Origin: Candidatus Iainarchaeum sp.
GTDB lineage: Archaea; Iainarchaeota; Iainarchaeia; Iainarchaeales; GCA-2688035
DNA length: 64,000 nucleotides
NCBI GenBank assembly: GCA_017610205.1
Contig: JAFCCL010000006.1
Span: 1-64,000 of the forward strand
Direction: 5' to 3'
In this document: one piece after another, positions 8,747 through 18,766 of the stretch
Position numbering within the stretch: the first letter of the stretch is position 1
Layout of the letters: each line of letters opens with the position of its first letter
Translations under genes and position numbers: made by a program
The notes under the pieces: model-generated
The model's database searches: none
The model's input: only the letters and a program-made list of their open reading frames with translations
What the model was told of the DNA's origin: nothing

Positions 8747-9694
8747 ATGAAAAAACCAAGGCTTTTCTCTGTAGGGGATTTGAATATGGATATTTTTCAA
8801 GAGCTTTCTGAAAAATCGGTTTTTGGAGAAGAACACCTTCTAAATAATCTGGCTTTTTCAATTGGCGGTTGTGCAGCAAACTTTTCAGTTATTGCTGCAA
8901 AAACAGGCTTAAAACCGGTTCTTATAAGTATTTTGGGAAAGGACTTTACCGCTCCCTTCCTTAAAAAGGAACTATCCAACGCAGGGGTTAAAACTCTTTT
9001 GCTCAAAAGCAATAAGATGAATTCATTTTCAATATTTTTGATTAGAAAGGATGGGGAAAGGGCAATTGAATCAGTAAAGAATTGCTTTAATGAGGTTACC
9101 TCGAAAAAGTTTGCAAAACTGTTGCTGCCAAAAGTCAGGCAGGGGGATATTGTTTCTTTTGGAGGTTTTTATAATCTTGAAAATCTAAGAACTGGTTTTG
9201 CTTCCTTTCTAAAAAAGCTTAAGAAAAAGGGAGCTATTGTTACATTTGACACTTCATTTGACCCTTGGAAAAAATGGACAATCGATTCTTTCCTTCCATT
9301 TATTGATTACTTGTTTGTAAGCCAGAATGAATTGCTGCATATTGCAAAAGGCAGAACTACTGAGCAAAGAATCAACACTCTTTTTAGGAAAGGTGCGTGT
9401 GTAGTGATTCTAAAACAGGGAAGTAAAGGCGCATCCTTGTTTGTAAAAGGCTCAAAGTCACAAAAGTTTAAAGCAATTAAGGCAAAGGCCATTAACACAA
9501 CAGGTGCCGGTGACGCTTTCAACACAGGTTTTGTGTTTGGTCTAATGCACGGATGGCCACTTGAGAGCTGCATGCTTTCAGCAAACTTTATTGCTGCAGA
9601 GAGTGTTAAAGTGCACGGTCTTGCTGCACCAAGTGCCAAAGCTGTGAAACGATTTGTTGCGATGAACAACAAGTCAGTGGTTGCAAGGAGATGA
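8747..9694 (+). CDS. PfkB/ribokinase family carbohydrate kinase
   Basis: VGDLNMD, GGCAAN, KQGSKG and NTTGAGDAFNTGF motifs. Confidence 0.92.
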   Translation: MKKPRLFSVGDLNMDIFQELSEKSVFGEEHLLNNLAFSIGGCAANFSVIAAKTGLKPVLISILGKDFTAPFLKKELSNAGVKTLLLKSNKMNSFSIFLIRKDGERAIESVKNCFNEVTSKKFAKLLLPKVRQGDIVSFGGFYNLENLRTGFASFLKKLKKKGAIVTFDTSFDPWKKWTIDSFLPFIDYLFVSQNELLHIAKGRTTEQRINTLFRKGACVVILKQGSKGASLFVKGSKSQKFKAIKAKAINTTGAGDAFNTGFVFGLMHGWPLESCMLSANFIAAESVKVHGLAAPSAKAVKRFVAMNNKSVVARR

Positions 9695-9767
9695 ACGGGC
9701 TTTCGCAGAAAAATAGAATTGAATGGCGTTTGCTTTCTTTAAATAGTTTTCCCAGCACATTTTTTTT

Positions 9768-10529
9768 ATGTTTTACCTTATTGGAATTGGTTTGAAACCA
9801 GGGCATTTAACCCTTGAGGCAAAGGAAGCAATTGCCAAATGCAGTCGCGTGTTTTTGGATACTTATACTTCTGATTACAGTGAAGGCAAGATTGAGGAGC
9901 TAAAGCAATTGCTGGGAAAGGAAATAATTTCTTTGGACAGAAAGGGAATTGAGGATGGTTTTGAGCTTGTTCTCAGGCAGGCAAAGACCGAGGGTGAGGA
10001 TGTTGCCTTGCTTGTTTTTGGCAATGCCTTGAGTGCCACAACTCACATTCAGCTTTTGCTTGATGCAAAAAAACTTGGGCTTAAGGCAATTGCTTTGCCT
10101 GGAATTTCAATTTTTGATTTTGTTGGCTCTACTGGCTTGGACCAGTATCGTTTTGGTCGTGCCTGTACTATTGTTGCTCCAAAAGAAAATTATGCGCCCG
10201 AATCTTTTTATGATGTGATTGAATCAAATTTCAATGCAGGAATGCATACTTTTTGCCTTTTGGATATTGCTGCTGAAAAAGATTACAAGATGACTGTTGC
10301 AGAGGCTTTGTCAATTCTTGCAAAGATTGAAAAAAAGAAATGCAATGATATTTTACAAAAGGCAACCTTGGTTGGATTGTATGCCTTGGGTGGAAAAAAG
10401 CAGATGGTTAAGTCAGGTGATTTGGAGAAAATGCAGAGGAGCAGTTTTGCTTTGTTTCCCCAGTCTCTTGTAATTGCTGCTTCCCTAACTGACAAAGAAA
10501 AAGAGGCTTTGGGTAAATTGAATACCTGA
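9768..10529 (+). CDS. dph5: diphthine synthase
   Basis: FYLIGIGL, YTS, ATTH, GLDQYRFGR and HTFCLLDI motifs. Confidence 0.93.
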   Translation: MFYLIGIGLKPGHLTLEAKEAIAKCSRVFLDTYTSDYSEGKIEELKQLLGKEIISLDRKGIEDGFELVLRQAKTEGEDVALLVFGNALSATTHIQLLLDAKKLGLKAIALPGISIFDFVGSTGLDQYRFGRACTIVAPKENYAPESFYDVIESNFNAGMHTFCLLDIAAEKDYKMTVAEALSILAKIEKKKCNDILQKATLVGLYALGGKKQMVKSGDLEKMQRSSFALFPQSLVIAASLTDKEKEALGKLNT

Positions 10530-10554
10530 AAGGAAATTGTTTTTGGTGAATTAA

Positions 10555-10860
10555 ATGAGTAAAAAGAAAGAGGGGTCTGAATCTGTTGCTGAAAGGGCTG
10601 CAAAATACAGGAAGCTTACGGAAGCAGCTTTGCTAAAGGTTTCAGTAAAAGCATTTGCTGGAACAAGAGATTTTGCAAGGGCAAAAGACTTTATTTCAAT
10701 GGCCGAAAACTATTTGAATGATGGAAGGCATTTTGAGCAAAAAGGCGACAGTGCTTTGGCTCTTGCTGCTTTTTCTTATGCTCATGCATGGCTTGATGCA
10801 GGTGTCCGCGCAGGCTTTTTGGGCGGAAAAGGCGACAACAGGCTTTTTACTTTGCCTTGA
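10555..10860 (+). CDS. DUF357 family protein
   Basis: MAENYLNDGRHF...ALAAFSYAHAWLDAG motif; usual neighbour of dph5. Confidence 0.85.
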   Translation: MSKKKEGSESVAERAAKYRKLTEAALLKVSVKAFAGTRDFARAKDFISMAENYLNDGRHFEQKGDSALALAAFSYAHAWLDAGVRAGFLGGKGDNRLFTLP

Positions 10861-10906
10861 ATTTTGCAAATAATTAATAATTACCTTAAACAATAATACT
10901 ATTGTT

Positions 10907-11923
10907 ATGGCTAAGGTTGATTGGAAGAAAGTCGATTTAGAGACCTTTTTTGATGTGAATATAACTGGGAAATGTAATTTTCGATGTAAGTTTTGTACTA
11001 CAAAGTCGGAGAAACTTCCGAAGAAGCACATGGAGTTGCAGGAATTTAAGTGCCTGATTTTGGAAATTAAAAAGCTTTCAAAGCAGAATAAAAAGAACTA
11101 TGGAATTTGTGTTGCTGGTGGTGAGCCCTTTCTTAATCCAAATGCTGTTGAAATGATTGCCTTTGCAGTAAAACATTTGGGAAGAAGAAATGTTGAAGTA
11201 ACAACCAATCTTTCAAAATTTCCCCTGGATAAAAAAAAGGCAAAAGAGCTAATGCTAAAGATGGGGCGTCCAAAAATAAATTTTTCAATTGACAGGGAGC
11301 ATTTAAAATTTGGTAAGAGAATGCCTGAACGAATTAGGTCTGCCTGTATTGCTGCAAAAGAGTTGGCTGTTAAGGTTCATATAATAAATGTCACACAGAA
11401 TAAATATCAACAAGCACATCCTTGGCCAAAAGAAGTTGTACACATAATTCCTACATCCTTAAAAAAGAAAGCAGATATTAGGCTCGAACAATATTCTCAA
11501 TCGCAATTAAAACCTATTTAGGATTATCTGGAAAAAGCAGCTGCTGGCAAAAAATCGTTTTTTCCTGCGTATACAGTTTTAGAGTTTCCAATTCCAATGT
11601 TTGAAGAGTTTTCAGTTCCAATAAAATTGGGGTTTGCTCCTGGTGGAAAAGTTTATTTAGGAAATACACCAGATGCATTGCACTTTCCTCAACTTTCTGT
11701 TGGAAACTGGAGGCGAGAATCTTTGCAGAATGTTGTGAAGGTTAACGTTCCCTTTAAGAGAAATTTTCTAAAAAACTGGTTTGGTTATACAAGGAGAAGC
11801 CAAAAACTCAATCCCCCAAAATGGGGTTCGTTTGATATGCCCAACAAGAAAAAACAACAGTTTTTTGCCAAGGCTGCTTTGCGTCAATTCAAGCGGCAAA
11901 GGAAAAGGAGAACTGGCAGATAA
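10907..11923 (+). pseudogene. radical SAM protein interrupted by an in-frame TAG (11519-11521)
   Basis: CNFRCKFC, GGEPF and TTN motifs. The frame stays open after the TAG into ORF 11597-11923 (same frame), giving 338 codons. Confidence 0.75.
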
Positions 11924-11972
11924 TGTTTCCTATCGCAAGTTTTATTAATCAAAAAAGTCTATTATTATCTGA

Positions 11973-12461
11973 TTGCTTATGGGCATTTATAACGGAAAAA
12001 GACCAAGTCTTAAATTCGATTTTGGTTTTGACTGGAACAAAGTCAAGTATCCTATTCTTGGAATTTCTGCTGTAATATTTGTTATTGCGGTAACATTTTT
12101 GCTTATTTTGCCTGCTTTGGAACCCAAGGCAATTTCTTTAGAGCTTGCTCCAAATCCCTTGGATTTGAAGGATGAAAGGACAAGCTTTTTGATTGTGTCA
12201 ATTAACAATGTAACAGGTGCAACGGCTGAAAACGTTGTTATTTCTGTTGAAACAGAGGCAAGCGATGCCATTTCAATCTTTCCTGCAACAAGGAAAATTC
12301 CGACCCTGGGCAAGGGTGAGAAAAGGACACTGAACCCGTTTGCAATAAGTCCAAATCCTGCTTCGCCTGTTTACAGCGGAACCTATTTCCTTACAATTTC
12401 CACAGAAATAAATGGGCAGGTCTTCTCAGAACAGATTGCCTTTGAATTAAAAGCAGTATAA
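11973..12461 (+). CDS. membrane-anchored hypothetical protein with an Ig-like domain
   Basis: One N-terminal TM helix followed by a beta-rich domain (..NVTGATAENVVI..GTYFLTI). Confidence 0.6.
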   Translation: MLMGIYNGKRPSLKFDFGFDWNKVKYPILGISAVIFVIAVTFLLILPALEPKAISLELAPNPLDLKDERTSFLIVSINNVTGATAENVVISVETEASDAISIFPATRKIPTLGKGEKRTLNPFAISPNPASPVYSGTYFLTISTEINGQVFSEQIAFELKAV

Positions 12462-12476
12462 AATAGGTTTTAGTTT

Positions 12477-12917
12477 ATGAAACAAAGGACTTGGGAACAG
12501 TATTACTCAGACATAACAAAACTCACCGAACGCCTTGGTGTTTACAGGCCTGACATAATTGTGCCAAGTATGCTTGGTGGTCTTATACCAGGAGCAATAA
12601 TGGCAAAACAGCTTGGTATAAAGGATATAAGGCCAATAGATATAGAGCGTGAAGGTAATGTTCGGCGTTTAGTTTATGATGTGCATGGAAGCATTGCAGG
12701 TAAAAAAGTTTTGCTTGTTGAAGATGATTTGCCTACAGGAAAGGGTCCGGCAGTTGTTAAAAAAATATTTGAAGAAAGGGGTGCTGAAGTAAAAATTGCA
12801 TCTGTTTATGTTTGTTCAGTTAGCAAGCCGATTGTTGATTTCTATTCTTCTGTTTGCAAAAATTTACCCGACTATCCCTGGAAAAAATTTCATGCAGGAA
12901 ACAGGCTAAGAAAATAA
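12477..12917 (+). CDS. type I phosphoribosyltransferase
   Basis: GGLIPG, VLLVEDDLPTG PRPP-binding loop, C-terminal YPW. Confidence 0.85.
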   Translation: MKQRTWEQYYSDITKLTERLGVYRPDIIVPSMLGGLIPGAIMAKQLGIKDIRPIDIEREGNVRRLVYDVHGSIAGKKVLLVEDDLPTGKGPAVVKKIFEERGAEVKIASVYVCSVSKPIVDFYSSVCKNLPDYPWKKFHAGNRLRK

Positions 12918-12926
12918 TGTTTTTTT

Positions 12927-13199
12927 TTAGAATTCAATTGAAAATTCTTTAAATTTTTTTGTTTCCTTTCGCCATTCAACTTTTACTTCTTCAACGTTTC
13001 CAAGGCAAGGTCCTTTTTTTAGAATTTCTATAAGCAGTTCAAGATTTTCTTTACTTCCCTGTGCCACAATTTCCACTTTTTCGCCTGGAACATTTTTCAC
13101 AAAACCATTTAATCCAAGTTTTCTTGCCTTTTGCACGGTAAAATACCTGAATCCAACACCATGAACCCTTCCAAAAACCAAAGCATTTATTTCTGCCAT
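12927..13199 (-). CDS. acyP: acylphosphatase
   Basis: VFGRVHGVGFR and GFVKN motifs. Confidence 0.92.
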   Translation of the reverse strand: MAEINALVFGRVHGVGFRYFTVQKARKLGLNGFVKNVPGEKVEIVAQGSKENLELLIEILKKGPCLGNVEEVKVEWRKETKKFKEFSIEF

Positions 13200-13272
13200 T
13201 TAACCATTAAACTTATTAATATAAACTTTATATTCTTTCCTTAATCAGTTATTTGAAACAGAGGACTTTTTT

Positions 13273-13830
13273 ATGACCTTAAAAGAGATAAGATTGCATG
13301 GAAGAGGTGGACAGGGCGCAGTAACAAGCACTCAGGTTCTTGCAATTGCCGCATTTCACGATGGAAAATACAGCCAGGCGTTTCCAAATTTTGGGGTTGA
13401 AAGAACAGGAGCGCCTGTTGAAAGTTATGTGAGAATTGACGAAAAGCCTGTAAATCTAAGGCAGCATGTTTACGATCCAGATTATGTGATTGTGCTTGAC
13501 ACCTCGCTTATTGATGACGTTGACGTGACAAAAGGTCTGCAAAAAAACGGAATTGTAATTGTAAACAGCGACAAAAATGCCGCAGAGCTTAAGAAAAAGC
13601 TTGGAAATTTTAACATTCATTCAATTAACATTACCAAAATTGCATTGGACATAATTGGCAAGCCATTTGTAAACATTGCCTCGCTTGGAGCCTTCTGTGC
13701 CTTAAGCAAGGAAGTTTCATTGGAAGCATTGAACAAGGCAATTGATGAATTGTTTACTGCAAAAGGAAAGGCTGCAGTGGCAGAGCTGAACAAAAAGGCG
13801 GCAAAAGCAGTTGCCGAAGTATGCAAGTGA
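13273..13830 (+). CDS. porG: pyruvate/2-oxoacid:ferredoxin oxidoreductase gamma subunit
   Basis: EIRLHGRGGQGAVT and FPNFGVERTGAPV motifs. Confidence 0.93.
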   Translation: MTLKEIRLHGRGGQGAVTSTQVLAIAAFHDGKYSQAFPNFGVERTGAPVESYVRIDEKPVNLRQHVYDPDYVIVLDTSLIDDVDVTKGLQKNGIVIVNSDKNAAELKKKLGNFNIHSINITKIALDIIGKPFVNIASLGAFCALSKEVSLEALNKAIDELFTAKGKAAVAELNKKAAKAVAEVCK

Positions 13831-13835
13831 TTTTT

Positions 13836-14132
13836 ATGGCAAAGGTTACAGTAAAAAAGAAAAAAGAGAAATTTACTCCAGGTGCAGTTGTTACAGAACC
13901 TGCAAGCAGCCTGAAAAACAAGACAGGTGACTGGCGAACTTTCAGACCAATAATTAATCAGGAAAAATGCATCAAGTGCTATTTATGCTGGCAGTACTGC
14001 CCTGATTCAGCAATAAGAATTGACGAAAAAACAGGAAAGGTTTATGTTGATTACACCTATTGCAAGGGCTGCCTTATCTGCATGCACCAATGCCCTGCAA
14101 AGGCAATAACCAAAGAGGTTGAAAAGAAATGA
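13836..14132 (+). CDS. porD: pyruvate/2-oxoacid:ferredoxin oxidoreductase delta subunit (2x[4Fe-4S])
   Basis: KTGDWRTFRP, CIKCYLCWQYCP and CKGCLICMHQCP motifs. Confidence 0.93.
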   Translation: MAKVTVKKKKEKFTPGAVVTEPASSLKNKTGDWRTFRPIINQEKCIKCYLCWQYCPDSAIRIDEKTGKVYVDYTYCKGCLICMHQCPAKAITKEVEKK

Positions 14133-15274
14133 CAAAAAAAGTTGAAGAAGCTTCACTGGCAATTGCTACCGCCGTAAAATTATCTCGGGTGCAAGTTTGT
14201 CCAATGTATCCAATTACTCCTTCAACTCATGTGCCTGAAAAAATTGCTGAATACATTGCGAATGGAGAGTTTGATGCAACGCTTATTGATGTTGAGTCAG
14301 AGCATAGTGCAGCTTCAGCATTTCTTGGTTCTGTTGCTACTGGGTGCCGAACTTTTACAGCAACAGCAAGCCAGGGCCTTGCATTAATGTACGAAATTTT
14401 GCCAATCATAAGCGGAATGAGGTTTCCTGGAGTAATGGCTGTGGCAAACCGTGCTCTAAGTGCTCCAATAAGCATTTGGAATGACCACAGCGATGCAGTA
14501 AGCACAAGAGACCAGGGCTGGATTCAATTATGGGTTGAAAGCAGCCAGGAAGCGCTTGATACAATAATTCAGGGCTTTTTGATAAGCGAAGACAGCAAAG
14601 TGCAGTTGCCGTTAATGGTTAATTTTGACGGATTTACCTTATCTCATGTGTTTGAACCAGTTGACATACCATCACAGGCAGAAGTTGACAAATTCCTGCC
14701 AAAATTCAAACCTGTTTTCAAACTTGATGTAAAAAAGCCAATGACCTTTGGGCCAATAGGCTTTCCTGACTCCTTTATGCATTTCAAAAAACAACAACAG
14801 AACGCAATGATAAATGCACTTGAAGTGGTAAAAAAGGCAAATTCTTCCTTCAAAAAATCTTTTGGACGTTCTTATGGTGACGGGCTGCTTGACCTTTACA
14901 AAATGACGGGTGCAGAATATGCGGTAATTGGGATGGGAACATTATGCGGAACTGCAAAGGTTGCAATTGACAAGCTTAGAAAAGAAGGCAAAAAAGTTGG
15001 CTTGATTAGAATAAGATGTCTGAGGCCTTTTCCTGAAAAAGAACTGCAGAACGCAATCAAAAACCTCAAAGCAGTTGCAGTGCTTGACAGGCATATTTCT
15101 TTAGGTCAGGAAGGTCCTTTGTTTACTGACATCAGAAGCGCAATCTACTGCAATGACATTACAATCAACAGCTATATTGCAGGACTTGGAGGAATGGACA
15201 TAACAGTATCGCATTTTGAAAAGGTTTTCAAAGATTTGGCTCAGGGAAAGCAAAAAGGAGAGTGGCTTTTTTGA
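14129..15274 (+). CDS. porA: pyruvate/2-oxoacid:ferredoxin oxidoreductase alpha subunit
   Basis: [28 protein letters not shown] and RPFP motifs. Confidence 0.95.
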   Translation: MTKKVEEASLAIATAVKLSRVQVCPMYPITPSTHVPEKIAEYIANGEFDATLIDVESEHSAASAFLGSVATGCRTFTATASQGLALMYEILPIISGMRFPGVMAVANRALSAPISIWNDHSDAVSTRDQGWIQLWVESSQEALDTIIQGFLISEDSKVQLPLMVNFDGFTLSHVFEPVDIPSQAEVDKFLPKFKPVFKLDVKKPMTFGPIGFPDSFMHFKKQQQNAMINALEVVKKANSSFKKSFGRSYGDGLLDLYKMTGAEYAVIGMGTLCGTAKVAIDKLRKEGKKVGLIRIRCLRPFPEKELQNAIKNLKAVAVLDRHISLGQEGPLFTDIRSAIYCNDITINSYIAGLGGMDITVSHFEKVFKDLAQGKQKGEWLF

Positions 15275-17325
15275 CTGAAAAAATGGTTAAAGGCCTGGCA
15301 AAGGAAAGGCTGATTAAAGGGCTTCCTTACAAAGAATACTTTGTTTCAGGCCACAGAGCATGTGCTGGATGCGGAGAAGCACTGATGATAAGGCATGTTG
15401 TAAAGGCAGCCGGCCCAAACACAATTGCAGTAATGGCAACAGGCTGCATGGAGGTTATTTCAACACCGTACCCTGAAACATCCTGGGCAATTCCCTGGAT
15501 TCACGGAGCCTTTGAAAACAATTCGGCAATTGCTTCAGGCATTGACGTTGCATTAAAAAAGCAGGGCAAAAGGGATAAAACAAATTTGCTTGTTTTTGGC
15601 GGTGACGGGGCAAGCTTTGACATTGGCTTTGGCGCACTAAGCGGAGCACTTGAAAGGGGCGACAAATTCACCTATGTTTGCACCGACAATGAAGCTTATA
15701 TGAATTGCCTTGCGTTTGACTCACTGATAATGACAAAAGATGGCCTGAAAAAAATTACTGATATTGAAGTAGGGGATTTGGTTTATGCTTTAAGCCAAAA
15801 GAGCCATAAACTTGTTTTGAAAAAGTGCACAGGTGTTTTCGACAATGGCAAAAAAAGGGTTTTTGAAATAAATACCTATTCGCAAACTATAAAAGCAACC
15901 GGAAACCACCCCTTCCTGGTTTTGAAGAGAAATGGAAGGGGAAAACAAAGTGAGCTTGTTTGGAAAAAAGTCGATGAATTGCGGCCAGGAGACAAGGTTG
16001 TTGCCCTTAAGCAAGGATTGGATGGAAAGCCCTATACCTTTCCAAAAATACAATTGTCCAAAAAGGGAGATTATAAAGTGAACAAAATCAGGGCGGTAAA
16101 AATCCCAAAAAAGTCTTCAGTGAATTTAATGAAACTGCTTGGATTGTATGTTGGAGACGGATGGACAAGGGTTGTAAAAGCAGAGCTCGGCTTTGCAGTG
16201 CCGCTTGGCAATAAGGCAAGAAAGCCTGCAAAACAACTAATTAAGAGCGTGTTTGGTGTTGGCTCAATAAGGGAAACGAAGAACGAAGTCTTTCTGGATT
16301 CCATAAATGCTGTTAAGTTCATTGACTCTCTTGGTTTTGGCAAAGGGGCAAAAAACAAGCTTATTCCAGCCTGGGTGTTTTCACTTCCCTTTAACGAGAA
16401 GAAAGCCTTTGTTGAAGGATTACTGCTCTCTGATGGTTACAAAACAGGCAACAGTTTCAGGTATGTTTCTGCCAGCAAAGAGCTGCTTAGGACTTTAAGG
16501 TTACTATTGCAGACAATGAACATTCGCGCTGGCAAAATCCATCAGCAATCTAAGAGCAAGGGGACAATGGTTGTTTACAGGAACCTAAAAAAGACTTCAA
16601 CTTACGGGTATGTATGTTTCAGCTTAAAGAAAGGGGCGAGCCAGAAATACAAATCCCAAAACAAATACCGGGATTTCCTTTACGGGAACAAAAACTTTGA
16701 GATGAAAGTGATAAAGTCAATAAAAAGGAAGCAAGTTGAGCCAACCCTTGACTTGCGGGTTGAAGGAGAGCACAATTTTATTGCAAACGGAATTGTTGTC
16801 CACAATACTGGAATTCAGAGAAGCGGTGGCACTCCATTGTATGCAAGCACTACAACAAGCCCTGCCGGCTCAAAGGTTTGTGGAAAGCAGGAGCCAAAAA
16901 AACCATTGCCGTTTATTGTTGCCTCACACGGCATAAAATATGTTGCCACCGCAACGCCTGTAAACATTTTTGATTTGCATAAAAAGGTCAAAAAGGCTTT
17001 GGCAACGCCCCATACCTCTTACATTCACGCATTCAGCGTTTGCCCTGTTGGCTGGTATACCAAACCAGAGGCAACAATTGAAATTGCAAAGCTTGCAGTA
17101 AACACAAGGGTTTTCCCATTGTATGAAATAGAAGACGGAGTCCTTACATTTACTCAAAGAATTGAAAAAGAAAAGGCAACACCAGTGCTTGATTACCTCA
17201 AAGTTCAGGGGCGCTTTAAGCACTTAAAGCCAGAACAGGTCAAAAAGATTCAGGAATATGTTGACACAAGATACGATTTCCTTTTAGGAATTGAAGGAAA
17301 AAAAGCTTTTGACTGTTTGTTCTAA
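15262..17325 (+). CDS. porB: pyruvate/2-oxoacid:ferredoxin oxidoreductase beta subunit, intein-containing
   Basis: [30 protein letters not shown] (split by the intein) and CPVGW motifs. Confidence 0.93.
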   Translation: MAFLTEKMVKGLAKERLIKGLPYKEYFVSGHRACAGCGEALMIRHVVKAAGPNTIAVMATGCMEVISTPYPETSWAIPWIHGAFENNSAIASGIDVALKKQGKRDKTNLLVFGGDGASFDIGFGALSGALERGDKFTYVCTDNEAYMNCLAFDSLIMTKDGLKKITDIEVGDLVYALSQKSHKLVLKKCTGVFDNGKKRVFEINTYSQTIKATGNHPFLVLKRNGRGKQSELVWKKVDELRPGDKVVALKQGLDGKPYTFPKIQLSKKGDYKVNKIRAVKIPKKSSVNLMKLLGLYVGDGWTRVVKAELGFAVPLGNKARKPAKQLIKSVFGVGSIRETKNEVFLDSINAVKFIDSLGFGKGAKNKLIPAWVFSLPFNEKKAFVEGLLLSDGYKTGNSFRYVSASKELLRTLRLLLQTMNIRAGKIHQQSKSKGTMVVYRNLKKTSTYGYVCFSLKKGASQKYKSQNKYRDFLYGNKNFEMKVIKSIKRKQVEPTLDLRVEGEHNFIANGIVVHNTGIQRSGGTPLYASTTTSPAGSKVCGKQEPKKPLPFIVASHGIKYVATATPVNIFDLHKKVKKALATPHTSYIHAFSVCPVGWYTKPEATIEIAKLAVNTRVFPLYEIEDGVLTFTQRIEKEKATPVLDYLKVQGRFKHLKPEQVKKIQEYVDTRYDFLLGIEGKKAFDCLF
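15706..16806 (+). mobile_element. intein with LAGLIDADG homing endonuclease (367 aa) in porB
   Basis: Starts [10 protein letters not shown] (block A); TGNHPF (block B); LLGLYVGDG and [10 protein letters not shown] (LAGLIDADG blocks); [16 protein letters not shown] ends before Thr+1. Confidence 0.95.
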
Positions 17326-17657
17326 TTTCTTTTTTGTTTTGCCTCATCAGCTTTTAGTTTTTCCATCTGATTTATGATTTTTCCTATCAAGTTTCTGGCT
17401 TGATAGTGAGTTCCCTGTCTGATATTACTTCTTGTAAGTTTTGAAAGTTTTTCCAAAGCCATTTTTAACTCAGGTTTTTTCATGCTAAAAACAGATTCTT
17501 TAACAATGCCTATATTTCTTAAAAGACTTTGTTCAGGACCAGTAAAATGGTCCTTCTTAGCTGTTTCACCACGTACTTTTTGCCCGCTTCTGCTTCTTCC
17601 ACTTGCTCCAGCTGTTCTATTCAATCTTGATTTGTAAGATGACCTATTATGTTTCAT
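17322..17657 (-). CDS. basic orphan hypothetical protein
   Basis: 111-aa ORF with a GGAG RBS and an Arg/Lys/Ser-rich N-terminus; fills the gap between porB and the nitroreductase. Confidence 0.6.
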   Translation of the reverse strand: MKHNRSSYKSRLNRTAGASGRSRSGQKVRGETAKKDHFTGPEQSLLRNIGIVKESVFSMKKPELKMALEKLSKLTRSNIRQGTHYQARNLIGKIINQMEKLKADEAKQKRN

Positions 17658-17706
17658 TTCAAAAAATCTCCTGAACTAATTATGTTCTTTTGATTTATTA
17701 ATATTC

Positions 17707-18282
17707 TCAAAACCTGTCCTTGTGCAGCACTTCTTTTAGGCTTCTTTTTGGAACGTGCAGTTCGCCTTTTTTGTCAATCCAGTAATCCAGGTTTTTGGTT
17801 GCTTTTTCAACAACTGGCTTTTCCGCAGGAAAGCCCAATGCAACAACAAGGGAAACATTAAACTCGTTTGGAATTCCAAGAACGCCCTTAATGCGTTCCC
17901 TTTCAATTGCTCCCTGAATGCAGCTTCCAACTCCTTTCTCCCAGGCAGTTAGGACAATTGCCTCTGCTGCAATTCCGACATCCATTCCAATATACTTTTC
18001 ATCAGACTTTTCCTTGTTTGCAAGGATTGCAATAAATGCCTTTGGCTCCTCTCCCTCTTTTCTTCCCTTTTGCTTTACAACACCGCCAAAGCAGACAGCT
18101 TCATTCATTCTTTGCACTTGTTCCCCCCCATTTACAATTACAAAGTCAAGTGGCTGCGTGTTTCTTGCAGTAGGACTCAATCTTGCTGCGTTAACGCAAT
18201 TTTTAAGCAGGGAAAAAGGAACCGGTTTCATCTGAAACCTTCTAATAGTGTGCCTTTTCAGAATATTTGAATAACTGCCCAT
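17707..18282 (-). CDS. nitroreductase family protein
   Basis: RHTIRRF, AARLSPTARNTQP, GVGSC, ALGFP and VPKR motifs. Confidence 0.9.
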   Translation of the reverse strand: MGSYSNILKRHTIRRFQMKPVPFSLLKNCVNAARLSPTARNTQPLDFVIVNGGEQVQRMNEAVCFGGVVKQKGRKEGEEPKAFIAILANKEKSDEKYIGMDVGIAAEAIVLTAWEKGVGSCIQGAIERERIKGVLGIPNEFNVSLVVALGFPAEKPVVEKATKNLDYWIDKKGELHVPKRSLKEVLHKDRF

Positions 18283-18349
18283 AAGTATATTCTTTTATAA
18301 GAAAAAGTTAATAATCTAAATGATTGTTTATTTATTGGAGGTAATTGCT

Positions 18350-18757
18350 ATGGCAGACCAGAAAAAAGAAGAAGAGGAAATTGAAGATGACCTTGACGAA
18401 GACGAGGAAATAGACGATGAGGAAATTGATGGCAATGAAGGGGTTGACGACAGTGATGTGCCAGAAGAGGAAAAAGTAGTTGAAGAGCAGCAGGAAAAGG
18501 ATATTGCAGAAAAGGAAACAGACGACATCTACAACAGGGAAGAAAGGAAAGAACAGCTTAAAGAGGATGAAATAAGCCCTGCGGAAGCTGGATTTATGCA
18601 AGGGCACGAAGACTACAAAGAAGGAACTTGTAATACCTGCGGAAAACAAATTGACCCGGAAAAAACCGTTGAAAAAGAGGTTAATGGCAAGCTTTTGACA
18701 TTTTGCTCGGAAAAATGCGCCGAGTTTTTTGAGAGAAGAAAAGCAGGCCTTCGCTGA
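18350..18757 (+). CDS. highly acidic protein with a C-terminal TRASH/YHS-like metal-binding motif
   Basis: Poly-D/E N-terminus, EISPAEAGFMQG, CNTCG...FCSEKC. Confidence 0.75.
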   Translation: MADQKKEEEEIEDDLDEDEEIDDEEIDGNEGVDDSDVPEEEKVVEEQQEKDIAEKETDDIYNREERKEQLKEDEISPAEAGFMQGHEDYKEGTCNTCGKQIDPEKTVEKEVNGKLLTFCSEKCAEFFERRKAGLR

Positions 18758-18766
18758 ATACTCCAC

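Noticed and set aside
11519-11521. Pyrrolysine or stop-codon reassignment
   Set aside because: TAG terminates ordinary genes here (e.g. nucS, scpB, the MazG-like gene) and no pyl genes are present in the window.
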